Positions 1 to 9,079 of a DNA stretch of 44,823 nucleotides are shown one piece after another. This DNA comes from Actinomycetota bacterium (lineage in GTDB: Bacteria; Actinomycetota; Actinomycetes; Nanopelagicales; Nanopelagicaceae), in assembly GCA_039800785.1 (NCBI GenBank), contig JBDLPY010000024.1:1-44823 (forward strand). The letters run 5' to 3'. The position numbers were made by a program, and so were the translations under genes. Numbering within the stretch: position 1 is the first letter of the stretch; every line of letters starts with the position of its first letter. The notes below the pieces were generated by a model. It was given only the letters and a program-made list of their open reading frames with translations. It was not told the origin of the DNA and made no database searches.

Positions 1-50
1 ATTAGCCTCTGCGCTTCTCGCGCTTCCCCAAATTAAAGGATGGATTCTTA

Positions 51-329
51 ATGGATTGGCGACACCAATCAGCATGCCGCGAAGAAGACCCAGAACTATT
101 CTTTCCGGTCGGAAACACTGGTCCAGCAATCACGCAGATCGAAGAAGCTAAAAAAATCTGTGCGCGTTGTGTAGTTCGCGAACAATGTTTAGCTTGGGCG
201 CTTGAAAGTGGTCAGGATTCTGGAGTTTGGGGCGGATTGTCTGAAGATGAACGTCGTGCAATGAAACGACGTGCTGCCCGTAACCGAGCTCGTTTACTCG
301 AACAACAAGCGCGCGAATTTAATTCTTAA
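51..329 (+). CDS. whiB1: WhiB-family Fe-S transcription factor, WhiB1/WblE type
   Basis: 92-aa ORF with ATG at 51 and AAGGA about 10 nt upstream. It has the four-Cys WhiB pattern (SAC...C-x2-C-x5-C in KKICARCVVREQC), the GVWGG turn and a basic tail. The N-terminus MDWRH...DPELFFPVGN..GP closely resembles M. tuberculosis WhiB1 as recalled. It is convergent with a PdtaS-type kinase, as Rv3219/Rv3220c are. Confidence 0.9.
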   Translation: MDWRHQSACREEDPELFFPVGNTGPAITQIEEAKKICARCVVREQCLAWALESGQDSGVWGGLSEDERRAMKRRAARNRARLLEQQAREFNS

Positions 330-1779
330 TTAAGAATTTAAGTTCGGCCGAAGTTCCAACTTCTAAGTTCTTTAATTGAAGATTTCCCTTCAATTCCGTT
401 TCGGTCAAAGTTCTAACGATTTGCAAACCTAAATTGCTCGATGCAGCAAAGTCGAAATTAACCGGTAACCCGACACCGTCATCATTTACTTCGACTACGC
501 AATTTTCGTTACTCCGATTTAATTTTATTTCAACAAAACTCCCCTGGTTTGCCAATCCATGTTCTAACGCGTTATGAATTAGCTCAGTTACTATAAGCGC
601 AAGCGGTGTCGCAATCTTTGGATCGAGTAAACCTATTCGGCCATTACGTTTAATTTCAATTCTATTATTTGGTGCTAGATCTAAGGCGTGACTTATCAAG
701 TTATCTATTACAAGATCAAAATCAACTTGGTTTTGTGAATTTGATGTCAAAGTTTCGTGAACTAAAGCAATCGATGCAATTCTACGGACCGCTTCTTCAA
801 GCGCAGCACTTGCCTTCGGGTCTTCAATTCGCCGAGATTGCAAGCGTAATAAAGCGGAAACGGTCTGCAAATTATTCTTAACTCGATGATGGATTTCTTT
901 AATGGTTGCATCTTTAATGATCAATTCACGTTCTCGGCTTCGAATATCCGTGACATTGTGTAATAAAACTATTGCGCCAATTCTTGAACCTGACTGGAGC
1001 ATTGGTAAAACAGTAAAATCAACCGTTCCGTTGTCGTTTTCCAATTCAATACGACCCAACGAGTTGCCCTGAACCTGATTTTGTAAATCTGGAATTGGCG
1101 CCGCACTTAATTTGTTGGCCACTTCGGTAATCGTGAAAGTTTCAACTTCGCCATCCCAACCCAATTTACTCAATGCGGATCTTCCATTTGGGCTGGCAAA
1201 AACTATTGCTCCGTTCACATCTAACCGGATAAAACCATCACCAACGCGCGGGACCGGATCAAGTAATGAAATTGAATCTTGATATGGAAATGTTCCCTCA
1301 GAAACCATTCGATATAAGTTGTGCGCAATTTCGCGATAATTTAATTCCAATCGACCTGGTTGACGCATCGAAATCGCATTTCGGTGACGGGACAACACCG
1401 CAATTATTTGTCCCTTGAATGAAACGGGAATCGTCTCTTCCTTAATTAATAATTCGCCAACTTGCTCAGGTTCAGAATCACGAATAATTTCAGCATCGGA
1501 AAGAGCGCGATCAACCAGCGGTTTAGCTCCCCAATCAAGTTCGTCACCTATTAAATCTTGATGAAATAACGTGGCTTCAGTTGTGGGGCGAATATGTGCA
1601 ACGGCGATATGCCCCGTTGGCCAACTTTTTAAATCTTTTCGAAGCGGCACCCAAAGAATTAAATCCGAGAAAGACAGATCAGCTAATAACTGCCAATCAG
1701 AAGTTAGTTTTTGCAACCATTCAAGTTGTTGATTATTTAAGGTCGTCCGACCCGCGACTAGATCAGAAATTTTGGGCAT
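319..1779 (-). CDS. pdtaS: Cytosolic sensor histidine kinase, PdtaS-like (GAF/PAS-like N-terminal region, HisKA_2, HATPase_c)
   Basis: 486-aa ORF with no obvious TM segment. H-box is EIHHRVKNNLQTVSALLRLQ. ATPase boxes are ELIHNALEHG and VNDDGVGLP. Its position next to whiB1 matches Rv3220c. The start ATG (1777-1779) overlaps the upstream gene's TAA by 1 nt (TAATG). Confidence 0.8.
   Translation of the reverse strand: MPKISDLVAGRTTLNNQQLEWLQKLTSDWQLLADLSFSDLILWVPLRKDLKSWPTGHIAVAHIRPTTEATLFHQDLIGDELDWGAKPLVDRALSDAEIIRDSEPEQVGELLIKEETIPVSFKGQIIAVLSRHRNAISMRQPGRLELNYREIAHNLYRMVSEGTFPYQDSISLLDPVPRVGDGFIRLDVNGAIVFASPNGRSALSKLGWDGEVETFTITEVANKLSAAPIPDLQNQVQGNSLGRIELENDNGTVDFTVLPMLQSGSRIGAIVLLHNVTDIRSRERELIIKDATIKEIHHRVKNNLQTVSALLRLQSRRIEDPKASAALEEAVRRIASIALVHETLTSNSQNQVDFDLVIDNLISHALDLAPNNRIEIKRNGRIGLLDPKIATPLALIVTELIHNALEHGLANQGSFVEIKLNRSNENCVVEVNDDGVGLPVNFDFAASSNLGLQIVRTLTETELKGNLQLKNLEVGTSAELKFLIKN
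321..338. repeat. 18-bp perfect palindrome AATTCTTAATTAAGAATT at the whiB1/pdtaS 3'-end overlap
   Basis: Read directly from the sequence. The arms 321-329 and 330-338 are exact reverse complements. It contains the whiB1 stop codon (327-329) and the last codons of pdtaS. Confidence 0.6.
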
Positions 1780-2126
1780 TAGATTCCCTGCCAGTTTTCC
1801 ATTTCATATCGAATTTCTTCAGGCGAGAACCAAGCCAATTCTTCACCGACTAACAAAGCTGCAACTTGAGAAAATTCTAAAATCAATTTATCGGCGGAAA
1901 TTTGGGAATCTGATAAATCTGCTGCAAGAACAAAGCTACCTTTTCCATGGTTTAACTCAATTGAATCTTCCGCAGTCAATTGGGCAATCAAATCTTCGCG
2001 TTCTTCCTCACCTACTTCAGCCGGAAAATCAAATTGATCAGGAGTTAGGTACTCATCAAAAGTTGCCTTGCCAGAACTGAGCAACTCATCAATTTGTTTT
2101 GGCGTCGTTGCCAAATATGCGCGCAT
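1779..2126 (-). CDS. Small, strongly acidic conserved hypothetical protein (115 aa)
   Basis: ORF with ATG, 9 nt downstream of the preceding gene and overlapping the pdtaS start by 1 nt. By my count it has about 25 Asp/Glu against about 7 Lys/Arg. No TM segment or recognisable catalytic motif. An MR.YL...P..(I/L).EL N-terminus recalls a conserved actinobacterial acidic protein family, but that recollection is weak. Confidence 0.55.
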   Translation of the reverse strand: MRAYLATTPKQIDELLSSGKATFDEYLTPDQFDFPAEVGEEEREDLIAQLTAEDSIELNHGKGSFVLAADLSDSQISADKLILEFSQVAALLVGEELAWFSPEEIRYEMENWQGI

Positions 2127-2135
2127 TTGGCAATT

Positions 2136-3071
2136 CTACTTAACTAATTCTCGTGCTAATTCCTTTATCGCTCTCCGTAAAGCGCTACCACTGGCGCATT
2201 CAATAAGTGCGCTGTAAGTCGATTGGGCAGCTTCGACCGCTTTCGTATCCGAAGGCAAAATCCGAACTGCCTTGAATGGCGATCCTTCGAGTTTCTGCAT
2301 CATGATTCCTTCAAGAGATTTGTGAAAATTTGAATTGTGTCGTTGATTCAATATCAACCATGAACCCTCCGGTATTTGATTTCGGTTTAGACACAAAATG
2401 ATTTTATTCAACGAAGCAAGGTCAAGCCGGGCTACAAAAAGGTTCGTGAAATCGAGGAAATTATTTTGAGTAGATCCGAAATCGAAAACGGAATTGGTGC
2501 CAGAATCAATTTGTAACTGAAGAAAATGGAAGTAATTTTCTAAATCAGTAAAATTAGTTTGAGAGATGATTAAATTTGAATGTATTTTGTTCGGAACTCG
2601 AGTCAAGTCTCTTAAACCCAAATAGGGAGCAACCATCGGCTCCGTTGAGTAATCTCCTAAATGTGTCATTAAATTTCGATCCGCTAATTCAAAAGCTAAA
2701 TTGATTGCGACTGTTGAAGCACCTACTCCTCCGCCAATTCCGACCACCGCGAAATTTTTACCCAATCCTTGCCGTAACATTAATTTGGAAACTGATGGCG
2801 CTTCAGGTATCAAGAGTGACTTTGATATTTCTTCTGCTGTTTCAATTCCAGTAAGAACAATGATTTTTCCGTGGAAATTTGGAAAATTATTTATTTGCGT
2901 TGTGAATAGATGTGTAATTTCATTAAATTCCAGATCGTGAGCATCGACCGCTCGTTTTACTACTACCCAATTATTTGCAATTGCAGTAGTAACAACTTTA
3001 GCTTCTAAGTCTTGATCTGGAATTATTGTCGCAATTCTTATCTTGCTAAGTGGCATTTGAGACAAGGACAA
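2136..3071 (-). CDS. CpaE/TadZ/Ssd-like MinD-ParA superfamily protein with a lysine-less P-loop (probable pseudo-ATPase)
   Basis: 311 aa. An N-terminal region of about 100 aa is followed by FAVVGIGGGVGASTVAINLAFELA at the position of the deviant Walker A (KGGxGK[ST]), with neither lysine present. A Walker-B-like SVFDFGS is also present. It resembles the Rv3660c/Ssd 'CpaE-like' type by recollection. The start may be Met6 (3056). Confidence 0.65.
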   Translation of the reverse strand: MSLSQMPLSKIRIATIIPDQDLEAKVVTTAIANNWVVVKRAVDAHDLEFNEITHLFTTQINNFPNFHGKIIVLTGIETAEEISKSLLIPEAPSVSKLMLRQGLGKNFAVVGIGGGVGASTVAINLAFELADRNLMTHLGDYSTEPMVAPYLGLRDLTRVPNKIHSNLIISQTNFTDLENYFHFLQLQIDSGTNSVFDFGSTQNNFLDFTNLFVARLDLASLNKIILCLNRNQIPEGSWLILNQRHNSNFHKSLEGIMMQKLEGSPFKAVRILPSDTKAVEAAQSTYSALIECASGSALRRAIKELARELVK

Positions 3072-3633
3072 TTCTTCCTACTCTAGTAGCGTTCAAAATT
3101 TCAATAACAAAATCTTCTGGGGTGGCTAAAGTTACTAAGGCGGCATTTCCCAAATTCTGACCTTTTCGGTCAATAGCTAAAACTCGAATATTTGTAATTA
3201 TCTTTTTTGAGTTTTTTGAAGTTTCAAAATCGTTAGGAGCGATTACTTGATAAATATCTACACTTGCCCCTGGTAATAAATTAAATGGCATATCCGCCGC
3301 TGCGACACTAAGTGGCACACTTTGATAAATCGCTCCATTAGATTGGGTTGCGAACATATCTGCAATCAAGAGTTCATTTGCGCCGATAAATCGAGAAACC
3401 ACACTGCCAGAGATATCAAAATCGCTGGACAGGAAATTATTTGCGCCCTCCCAAAGTGCTGCTTTCTCAATTCTGAAATCTTCCGGCCCAACTACATGCC
3501 CTATGGCTAACGGTTTATTTGCGACCAAGAAACTTGATTTATGCCCTGCAACTAATGCCAGGCCAAGTGCAGATAAGAATCCCGCGGTAATTAATCCAAT
3601 TGCAATAAAGGTTCTGGCATCAAACTTTTTCAT
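3046..3633 (-). CDS. SAF-domain membrane-anchored protein, CpaB/RcpC-like
   Basis: 195 aa. N-terminal TM segment FIAIGLITAGFLSALGLALVAG, then a SAF-like segment (VANKPLAIGHVVGPEDF) and a beta-rich C-terminal half, which is the CpaB/RcpC architecture. It overlaps the next gene by 26 nt. Confidence 0.6.
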   Translation of the reverse strand: MKKFDARTFIAIGLITAGFLSALGLALVAGHKSSFLVANKPLAIGHVVGPEDFRIEKAALWEGANNFLSSDFDISGSVVSRFIGANELLIADMFATQSNGAIYQSVPLSVAAADMPFNLLPGASVDIYQVIAPNDFETSKNSKKIITNIRVLAIDRKGQNLGNAALVTLATPEDFVIEILNATRVGRIVLVSNAT

Positions 3634-3658
3634 GAGCGGAAAATATGAGAAAAAAGAT

Positions 3659-3674
3659 ATCCAATTAATTGGAT
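3659..3674. promoter_or_regulatory. 16-bp perfect palindrome ATCCAATTAATTGGAT, candidate operator in a divergent promoter region
   Basis: Read directly: 3659-3666 is the exact reverse complement of 3667-3674. It lies 26-41 nt upstream of the SAF-gene ATG (3633) and about 50 nt upstream of the divergent Rv3235-like gene, within one of the longest intergenic gaps in the window. Confidence 0.35.
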
Positions 3675-3724
3675 TTCCACAGCATCAAACAAAGGTATGA
3701 GCCATATATAGCCATTAATCCGAA

Positions 3725-4261
3725 TTGAGATTTCATGATTTAACAGATATTTGGCGCATGACTAAATTAATTGCCAAGCCAGTAAACCTAATTCCAAAAT
3801 CTTGCGAGAATGAACTTTGGGATCACCCTATGTTGGACATTTTTCGTCCAACACAATTGCCACCCTTTAATCAAGCGCCGTATCTCTATCAAATCTCATC
3901 TATTTACGGTGAAGAGTTTGATCCTGATTTTGCTCCGATTCCAACTTCGGCCAGCAACTTGCCTGGGCTTGCCGATTGGAATCGAACTTTGATTCTTTCC
4001 GTATTAGAAATTTGGGCTGGGAAAAGATCGCCAAATCAAATGGCTAGATGGTGCAATTCATCTGTTTATCAAGATCTTGTAAAAAATGTTCGGAGCCAGA
4101 GTTTGGTTGGGAAATTACGGAAATTGCATATTCAAGAACCACTTGATGGATTATGTGAAGCCATAGGTACGGTTAGATTTAATGCAAGATTACGTGCAAT
4201 TGCAATTAGATTAGAAGGTGTGGATGGGCGATGGCTTTGTACAAATTTAAAGCTAATTTAA
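3725..4261 (+). CDS. Rv3235-family conserved actinobacterial protein (secA-neighbour)
   Basis: 178-aa ORF (TTG at 3725, alternative ATG at 3758). The C-terminal half, LEIWAGKRSPNQMARW...VGTVRFNARLRAIAIRLEG..GRWLCTNL, fits the pattern I recall for the Rv3235 family that sits beside secA in Actinobacteria. The start codon is uncertain. Confidence 0.55.
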   Translation: MRFHDLTDIWRMTKLIAKPVNLIPKSCENELWDHPMLDIFRPTQLPPFNQAPYLYQISSIYGEEFDPDFAPIPTSASNLPGLADWNRTLILSVLEIWAGKRSPNQMARWCNSSVYQDLVKNVRSQSLVGKLRKLHIQEPLDGLCEAIGTVRFNARLRAIAIRLEGVDGRWLCTNLKLI

Positions 4262-4268
4262 AAAGTAA

Positions 4269-6911
4269 TTAAGCCGCTCCGTGGCATCGCTTGTATTTTT
4301 TGCCTGAGCCGCATGGGCAAGGTGAATTTCTTGAAACATCACCTGAGGTTTGTACACCAGTTTCGTCAGCCGAGGTATATCTAAGTTCTTTTGGTGCCGG
4401 AGCGGGTGTCTCTTCTTCAACAGTGACGTCCACATTAAATACAAATCCGGCAATCTCTTCTTTAATTGCATCCATCATCGCAGCAAATAAGTCGTAACCT
4501 TCGCGTTGATATTCAACAAGTGGATCACGTTGCGCCATTGCGCGAAGCCCAATTCCCTCTTGCAAATAATCCATTTCGTATAAATGTTCGCGCCATTTGC
4601 GATCAAGTACTGAAAGCAGAACTTTCCGTTCCAACTCACGCATCACTTGTGAACCAAGTGTTTCTTCCCGCTTCTGGTATGCCGAAATCGCATCATCAGT
4701 CACTTTTTTGATTAAGAAATCAGTGTCTAGCGCGCCGCGTGAACCAACATCACGCTCTAAATCTGCAACTGTGAATGTGATTGGGTAAATTGAATGAATC
4801 GCAGTCCAAAGCGCATCTAAATCCCAGTCTTCGCCAAAACCTTCTTGCGTGGCTGCAACGATATAAGCACTTAAAGTTTCAACCAAGAATTGTTTGGTCT
4901 GTTCGCTGATATCGGCGCCTTCAAGTACTAATCGACGTTCACCGTAGATAACTTCGCGTTGCCGATTTAATACATCGTCATACTTCAACACATTCTTACG
5001 AATTTCAAAGTTTTGCGCTTCTACTTGAGTCTGCGCAGACTTGATGGAATTGCTTACCATTTTTGATTCAATCGGCATATCTTCCGGTAAGCCGGCTGCG
5101 CTCAAAACGCGTTCGACCATTCCCGAATTAAATCGGCGCATCAAGTCATCTTGTAGCGATAAATAGAAACGTGATTCACCAGGATCGCCTTGACGCCCAG
5201 ATCGTCCGCGCAACTGATTATCAATGCGGCGAGATTCGTGGCGCTCGGTACCTAAAACATAAAGTCCACCAAGTGCAACTACCTCTTCATGACCTTTTGC
5301 TACTGCAGCTTTCTGTTTCGCGATTTCGTCCGGCCATGCTGCTTCATATTCAGTTGGATTATCGACTGGAGAAATTCCGCGCTTTTGAATTTCAAAATCT
5401 GCCATGAATTCTGGGTTACCACCAAGCATGATGTCAGTACCGCGACCAGCCATATTTGTCGCAACTGTTACTGCACCTTTCACGCCTGCCCGAGCAACAA
5501 TCGAAGCTTCTCGTTCGTGGTGTTTAGCATTTAAAACTTCGTGCGGAATTCCGTTTTTCTTTAATACCGTAGAGAGTTCTTCAGATTTTTCCACGCTAAC
5601 TGTGCCTACAAGCACAGGTTGACCTTTTCGGTGGCGATCAACAATGTCTTGTGCAACTGCCGCAAACTTTCCAACTTCCGTTTTGTAAACCAAATCTGGT
5701 TGGTCAATACGAACCATTGATCGATTAGTTGGAATCGGGATTACACCCAATTTATAAATCTGATGAAATTCAGAGGCTTCGGTCATCGCAGTACCAGTCA
5801 TGCCTGATAGGCGGCTGTACAAGCGGAAATAATTTTGCAGCGTAATTGTTGCCAAAGTTTGGTTTTCGTCACGGATTTCAATCCGCTCTTTTGCTTCAAG
5901 CGCCTGGTGTAAACCTTCGCTATAGCGTCGCCCAGAAAGAATACGACCGGTATGTTCGTCAACGATTAATAACTCACCATTCATGACGACATAATCACGA
6001 TCGCGCTTGAACAGCTCTTTAGCTCGGATTGAATTATTCAAATAGCTAATTAATGGAGTGTTCGCTGATTCGTAAAGATTACCAATTCCAAGAATCTCTT
6101 CAACTTTTGCGATACCTGCTTCGAGAATTCCAGATGTCTTCTTTTTCTCATCTACTTCGTAGTGAACATCTCGTTCTAGTTTTCCCGCAATATTTGCAAA
6201 TTCAACGTACCACTTTGTTGGTTTATCAGCAGATCCACTAATAATTAAAGGGGTACGAGCTTCGTCGATTAAAATGGAGTCAACTTCATCAACAACAGCA
6301 AAATTGTGGCCACGTTGAACACAATCGCTCAAAGTCCAAGCCATGTTGTCGCGCAAATAATCAAAGCCAAATTCATTATTAGTTCCGTAAGTAATATCTG
6401 CTGCATAAGCTTCGCGTCGTTCAGCTGGAGTCATGGACGCCAAAATCACGCCAACTTTTAATCCAAGGAATCGATGAACTCGACCCATCCATTCGCTATC
6501 GCGCTCTGCTAAATAATCATTAACGGTAACAACGTGTACACCTTTACCGCTTAATGCATTTAAGTACGATGGCAAAGTCGCAACCAAAGTTTTACCTTCA
6601 CCAGTTCGCATTTCCGCAATATTGCCTTGGTGTAGCGCTGCTCCACCCATTAACTGTACGTCGTAATGTCGTTGACCTAATGTGCGCTTTGCTGCTTCGC
6701 GTACAACAGCAAAAGCTTCTGGCAATAAATCATCTAGTGATTCACCGTTAGAGATTCGATTCTTAAATTCAGTAGTTTTATTTTGAAGTTCTAAATCAGA
6801 TAAATTCGAAATTGAACTTTCAAATGCATTTGTCTTTTCGACAAGTTTTCCTAATTTTTTTAGAGCTTTGCCTTCACCTGCTCGCAAAATGCGATCTAAA
6901 ACGGCGGCCAT
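4269..6911 (-). CDS. secA: Preprotein translocase ATPase SecA
   Basis: 880 aa. N-terminus [20 protein letters not shown], Walker [14 protein letters not shown]-like [20 protein letters not shown], and the C-terminal Zn-binding tail [14 protein letters not shown]. Confidence 0.97.
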   Translation of the reverse strand: MAAVLDRILRAGEGKALKKLGKLVEKTNAFESSISNLSDLELQNKTTEFKNRISNGESLDDLLPEAFAVVREAAKRTLGQRHYDVQLMGGAALHQGNIAEMRTGEGKTLVATLPSYLNALSGKGVHVVTVNDYLAERDSEWMGRVHRFLGLKVGVILASMTPAERREAYAADITYGTNNEFGFDYLRDNMAWTLSDCVQRGHNFAVVDEVDSILIDEARTPLIISGSADKPTKWYVEFANIAGKLERDVHYEVDEKKKTSGILEAGIAKVEEILGIGNLYESANTPLISYLNNSIRAKELFKRDRDYVVMNGELLIVDEHTGRILSGRRYSEGLHQALEAKERIEIRDENQTLATITLQNYFRLYSRLSGMTGTAMTEASEFHQIYKLGVIPIPTNRSMVRIDQPDLVYKTEVGKFAAVAQDIVDRHRKGQPVLVGTVSVEKSEELSTVLKKNGIPHEVLNAKHHEREASIVARAGVKGAVTVATNMAGRGTDIMLGGNPEFMADFEIQKRGISPVDNPTEYEAAWPDEIAKQKAAVAKGHEEVVALGGLYVLGTERHESRRIDNQLRGRSGRQGDPGESRFYLSLQDDLMRRFNSGMVERVLSAAGLPEDMPIESKMVSNSIKSAQTQVEAQNFEIRKNVLKYDDVLNRQREVIYGERRLVLEGADISEQTKQFLVETLSAYIVAATQEGFGEDWDLDALWTAIHSIYPITFTVADLERDVGSRGALDTDFLIKKVTDDAISAYQKREETLGSQVMRELERKVLLSVLDRKWREHLYEMDYLQEGIGLRAMAQRDPLVEYQREGYDLFAAMMDAIKEEIAGFVFNVDVTVEEETPAPAPKELRYTSADETGVQTSGDVSRNSPCPCGSGKKYKRCHGAA

Positions 6912-6937
6912 TTAGCTCCCTTTCGAATCTCAGCCCC

Positions 6938-7582
6938 CTATCGTAGAGGCTTTGCAACGCATGCGGTAATCGCACAAGTGACGTGAATCCCCGCTGCGGT
7001 AAGCGCTCTGTGCGCTTCAACAATGGTGCTTCCCGTGGTTATTAAATCGTCTACCAAAATAACATTTTTCAGATTGCTTTTCTGTTCGCGATCTAAAAAA
7101 CAGTTATAGGCATTAAACAAATTTTTTCGTCTGTTTATTGCATCTAATTTCGTTTGATCAAATGTTTTTCGGGTTATCTCTAGGGCTTTAATCACATTTG
7201 CACGATTTGGTGTAGCAAGCGTTCCCGCAATTTCGTAGATGAAATCTCGCCCCCTTCGCCTAACTGCCCGATTAGATGATGGCACTGGAATAAAAGTTAA
7301 GTCACGCAATGAGATTGTCGGGATTCTGACTAAACAATGATGCAAAGCATCAACAACTAAATTGTCTGCTTTCTTTATCCCATTTTCCTTAGCGCCAAGC
7401 AGAATTGATTTTGCGGTTTCATTGTAGAAAATTGCAGAATGAATCTTTAGGTTTGAAATTTGTTGGCTATATAGATGAGGGTTCCAATTACGCCGACATT
7501 GATTGCATATTTCCGGACCTAATTCACGACAACCAAAACATCGATTAGGAAAAAGTAATTCCAGAAAACTTTCGCGCACCAA
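6938..7582 (-). CDS. comF: ComF-family phosphoribosyltransferase-domain protein
   Basis: 214 aa. N-terminal Cys cluster CFGC...CNQC and a C-terminal PRTase motif VILVDDLITTGST. Position corresponds to Rv3242c. TTG start at 7582, or GTG one codon later. Confidence 0.8.
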   Translation of the reverse strand: MVRESFLELLFPNRCFGCRELGPEICNQCRRNWNPHLYSQQISNLKIHSAIFYNETAKSILLGAKENGIKKADNLVVDALHHCLVRIPTISLRDLTFIPVPSSNRAVRRRGRDFIYEIAGTLATPNRANVIKALEITRKTFDQTKLDAINRRKNLFNAYNCFLDREQKSNLKNVILVDDLITTGSTIVEAHRALTAAGIHVTCAITACVAKPLR

Positions 7583-7585
7583 CCA

Positions 7586-9076
7586 TTAATACTGCAATTT
7601 GATTAAGCGACCAGAGATTTCATCCCCAGCCTTTCTCGGCAAAGTCAGAACAAAATGTGCACCTTTATTTGGTTCGGCGAAAGCCTCTAGTTCTCCATTG
7701 TGCAATCTGGCATCTTCTAAACTGATTGATAGACCCAAACCAGTTCCGCCATGAACTCTTGAGCGCGAAGGATCTGCCCGCCAAAACCGATCAAAAACCC
7801 TTCGGGCCACATCTTTATCAAAACCTTCGCCAAAATCACGAACACCGATTGCAACCGTATCTTCATTATGAACTAAATTAACTTCTACTGGTTTTCCGTT
7901 TGAATGATCAATTGCATTCGAAAGTAGATTACGTAAAATTCTTGAAACTCGTCGAATATCAGCCTTTATTACGACTGGTTGCATAGGTTGGCTATATCGA
8001 ATCTCGGTTTGCAATTCGCGCGCTGGAAATTGAAGTTCATCAACGACATTTTTAATCATCGACCCTAGATCGAAATCAATTGCTTCCAAAACAGCAACTT
8101 CAGCATCAAATCGGCTAATTTCTAATAAGTCTTCCAATAATCGCTCAAATCGATCTAATTGCGACATCAATAACTGTGCACTTCTGGCAACCGTGGGTTC
8201 AAAGCTTTCTTTTGCGCCATCAATAACGGCCGAAGCCAATCGAATCGTCGTCAGCGGGGTTCGAAGTTCATGAGAAACGTCAGAAACAAATCGTTGTTGC
8301 ACTAAAGATAAATTTTCTAGCCGGGTAATTTGTTTCTGAAGTGAGTCGGCCATTTCATTAAACGCATTTCCAAGTCGGGCTAGTTCATCCTCTCCTTCAA
8401 CTTCCATCCGTTGGCCGAGATCACCTGCGGTTAATTGTTCTGCTGTACGTGCTGCTTCTCGCACCGGAGATACAACCTGACGAACCACAAGCCAAGTAGT
8501 CAAGGCAATTAGGAAAAGCAGTGCCAAACCAGTTAAAAGAAGTGCATTCAAAATCAGAGAATTTGTTGCTTCCTGATTAGCCAAGCTATAAAAAACATAA
8601 AGTTCGTAATTACCATTGTTCGGAATTCTTATTTTTTCACCAACAATGATGGATTTTCCATTGGTAGCGTAATCCCATTTAATACCAGAACTTTTTTGCA
8701 CTTTTTTCTGTAAATTTTTGGGAATCAACTTTAAATTGGCGTAATCAGTTTGCTTTGAAAAATTTGATTTACTTAGATTTGTATTTGGGCTAGCGACTAC
8801 CGCTAACTCTTGGCTCCCTGTCAATGTGGCTGCTTTTGCAACATCATCGATCGCCTTTTGAATTAACTTGTCGTTAGCGTTAGCCAAAATGAATTCATAC
8901 TGCAGCCCAAAGCTGGTGGCGCGAAATTCTGATATGGCAGATTCCGTTTTTACGCGCTTGACGCCAGAAGATAAATTATTGAAAAGTGCCGATCCAGCTA
9001 ACCAAAAAGCTGCCAACGAGAGTAGAACCGTTGATACAACGACGCGGGTTGCAAGTGAGTTACGGAATCGATTCAC
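7586..9076 (-). CDS. mtrB: Sensor histidine kinase MtrB
   Basis: 496 aa with a GTG start. Two TM segments flank an extracytoplasmic loop, followed by a HAMP region, the H-box SHELRTPLT, and N/G boxes (LLSNAIDHS, DFGEGF, GGTGLGLSI). It follows mtrA by 3 nt. Confidence 0.85.
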   Translation of the reverse strand: MNRFRNSLATRVVVSTVLLSLAAFWLAGSALFNNLSSGVKRVKTESAISEFRATSFGLQYEFILANANDKLIQKAIDDVAKAATLTGSQELAVVASPNTNLSKSNFSKQTDYANLKLIPKNLQKKVQKSSGIKWDYATNGKSIIVGEKIRIPNNGNYELYVFYSLANQEATNSLILNALLLTGLALLFLIALTTWLVVRQVVSPVREAARTAEQLTAGDLGQRMEVEGEDELARLGNAFNEMADSLQKQITRLENLSLVQQRFVSDVSHELRTPLTTIRLASAVIDGAKESFEPTVARSAQLLMSQLDRFERLLEDLLEISRFDAEVAVLEAIDFDLGSMIKNVVDELQFPARELQTEIRYSQPMQPVVIKADIRRVSRILRNLLSNAIDHSNGKPVEVNLVHNEDTVAIGVRDFGEGFDKDVARRVFDRFWRADPSRSRVHGGTGLGLSISLEDARLHNGELEAFAEPNKGAHFVLTLPRKAGDEISGRLIKLQY

Positions 9077-9079
9077 GAA

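Noticed and set aside
4253-4471. 72-aa minus-strand ORF overlapping the end of secA in another frame
   Set aside because: It lies inside the strongly supported secA C-terminal coding region (including the Zn-finger tail) and has no motif support.
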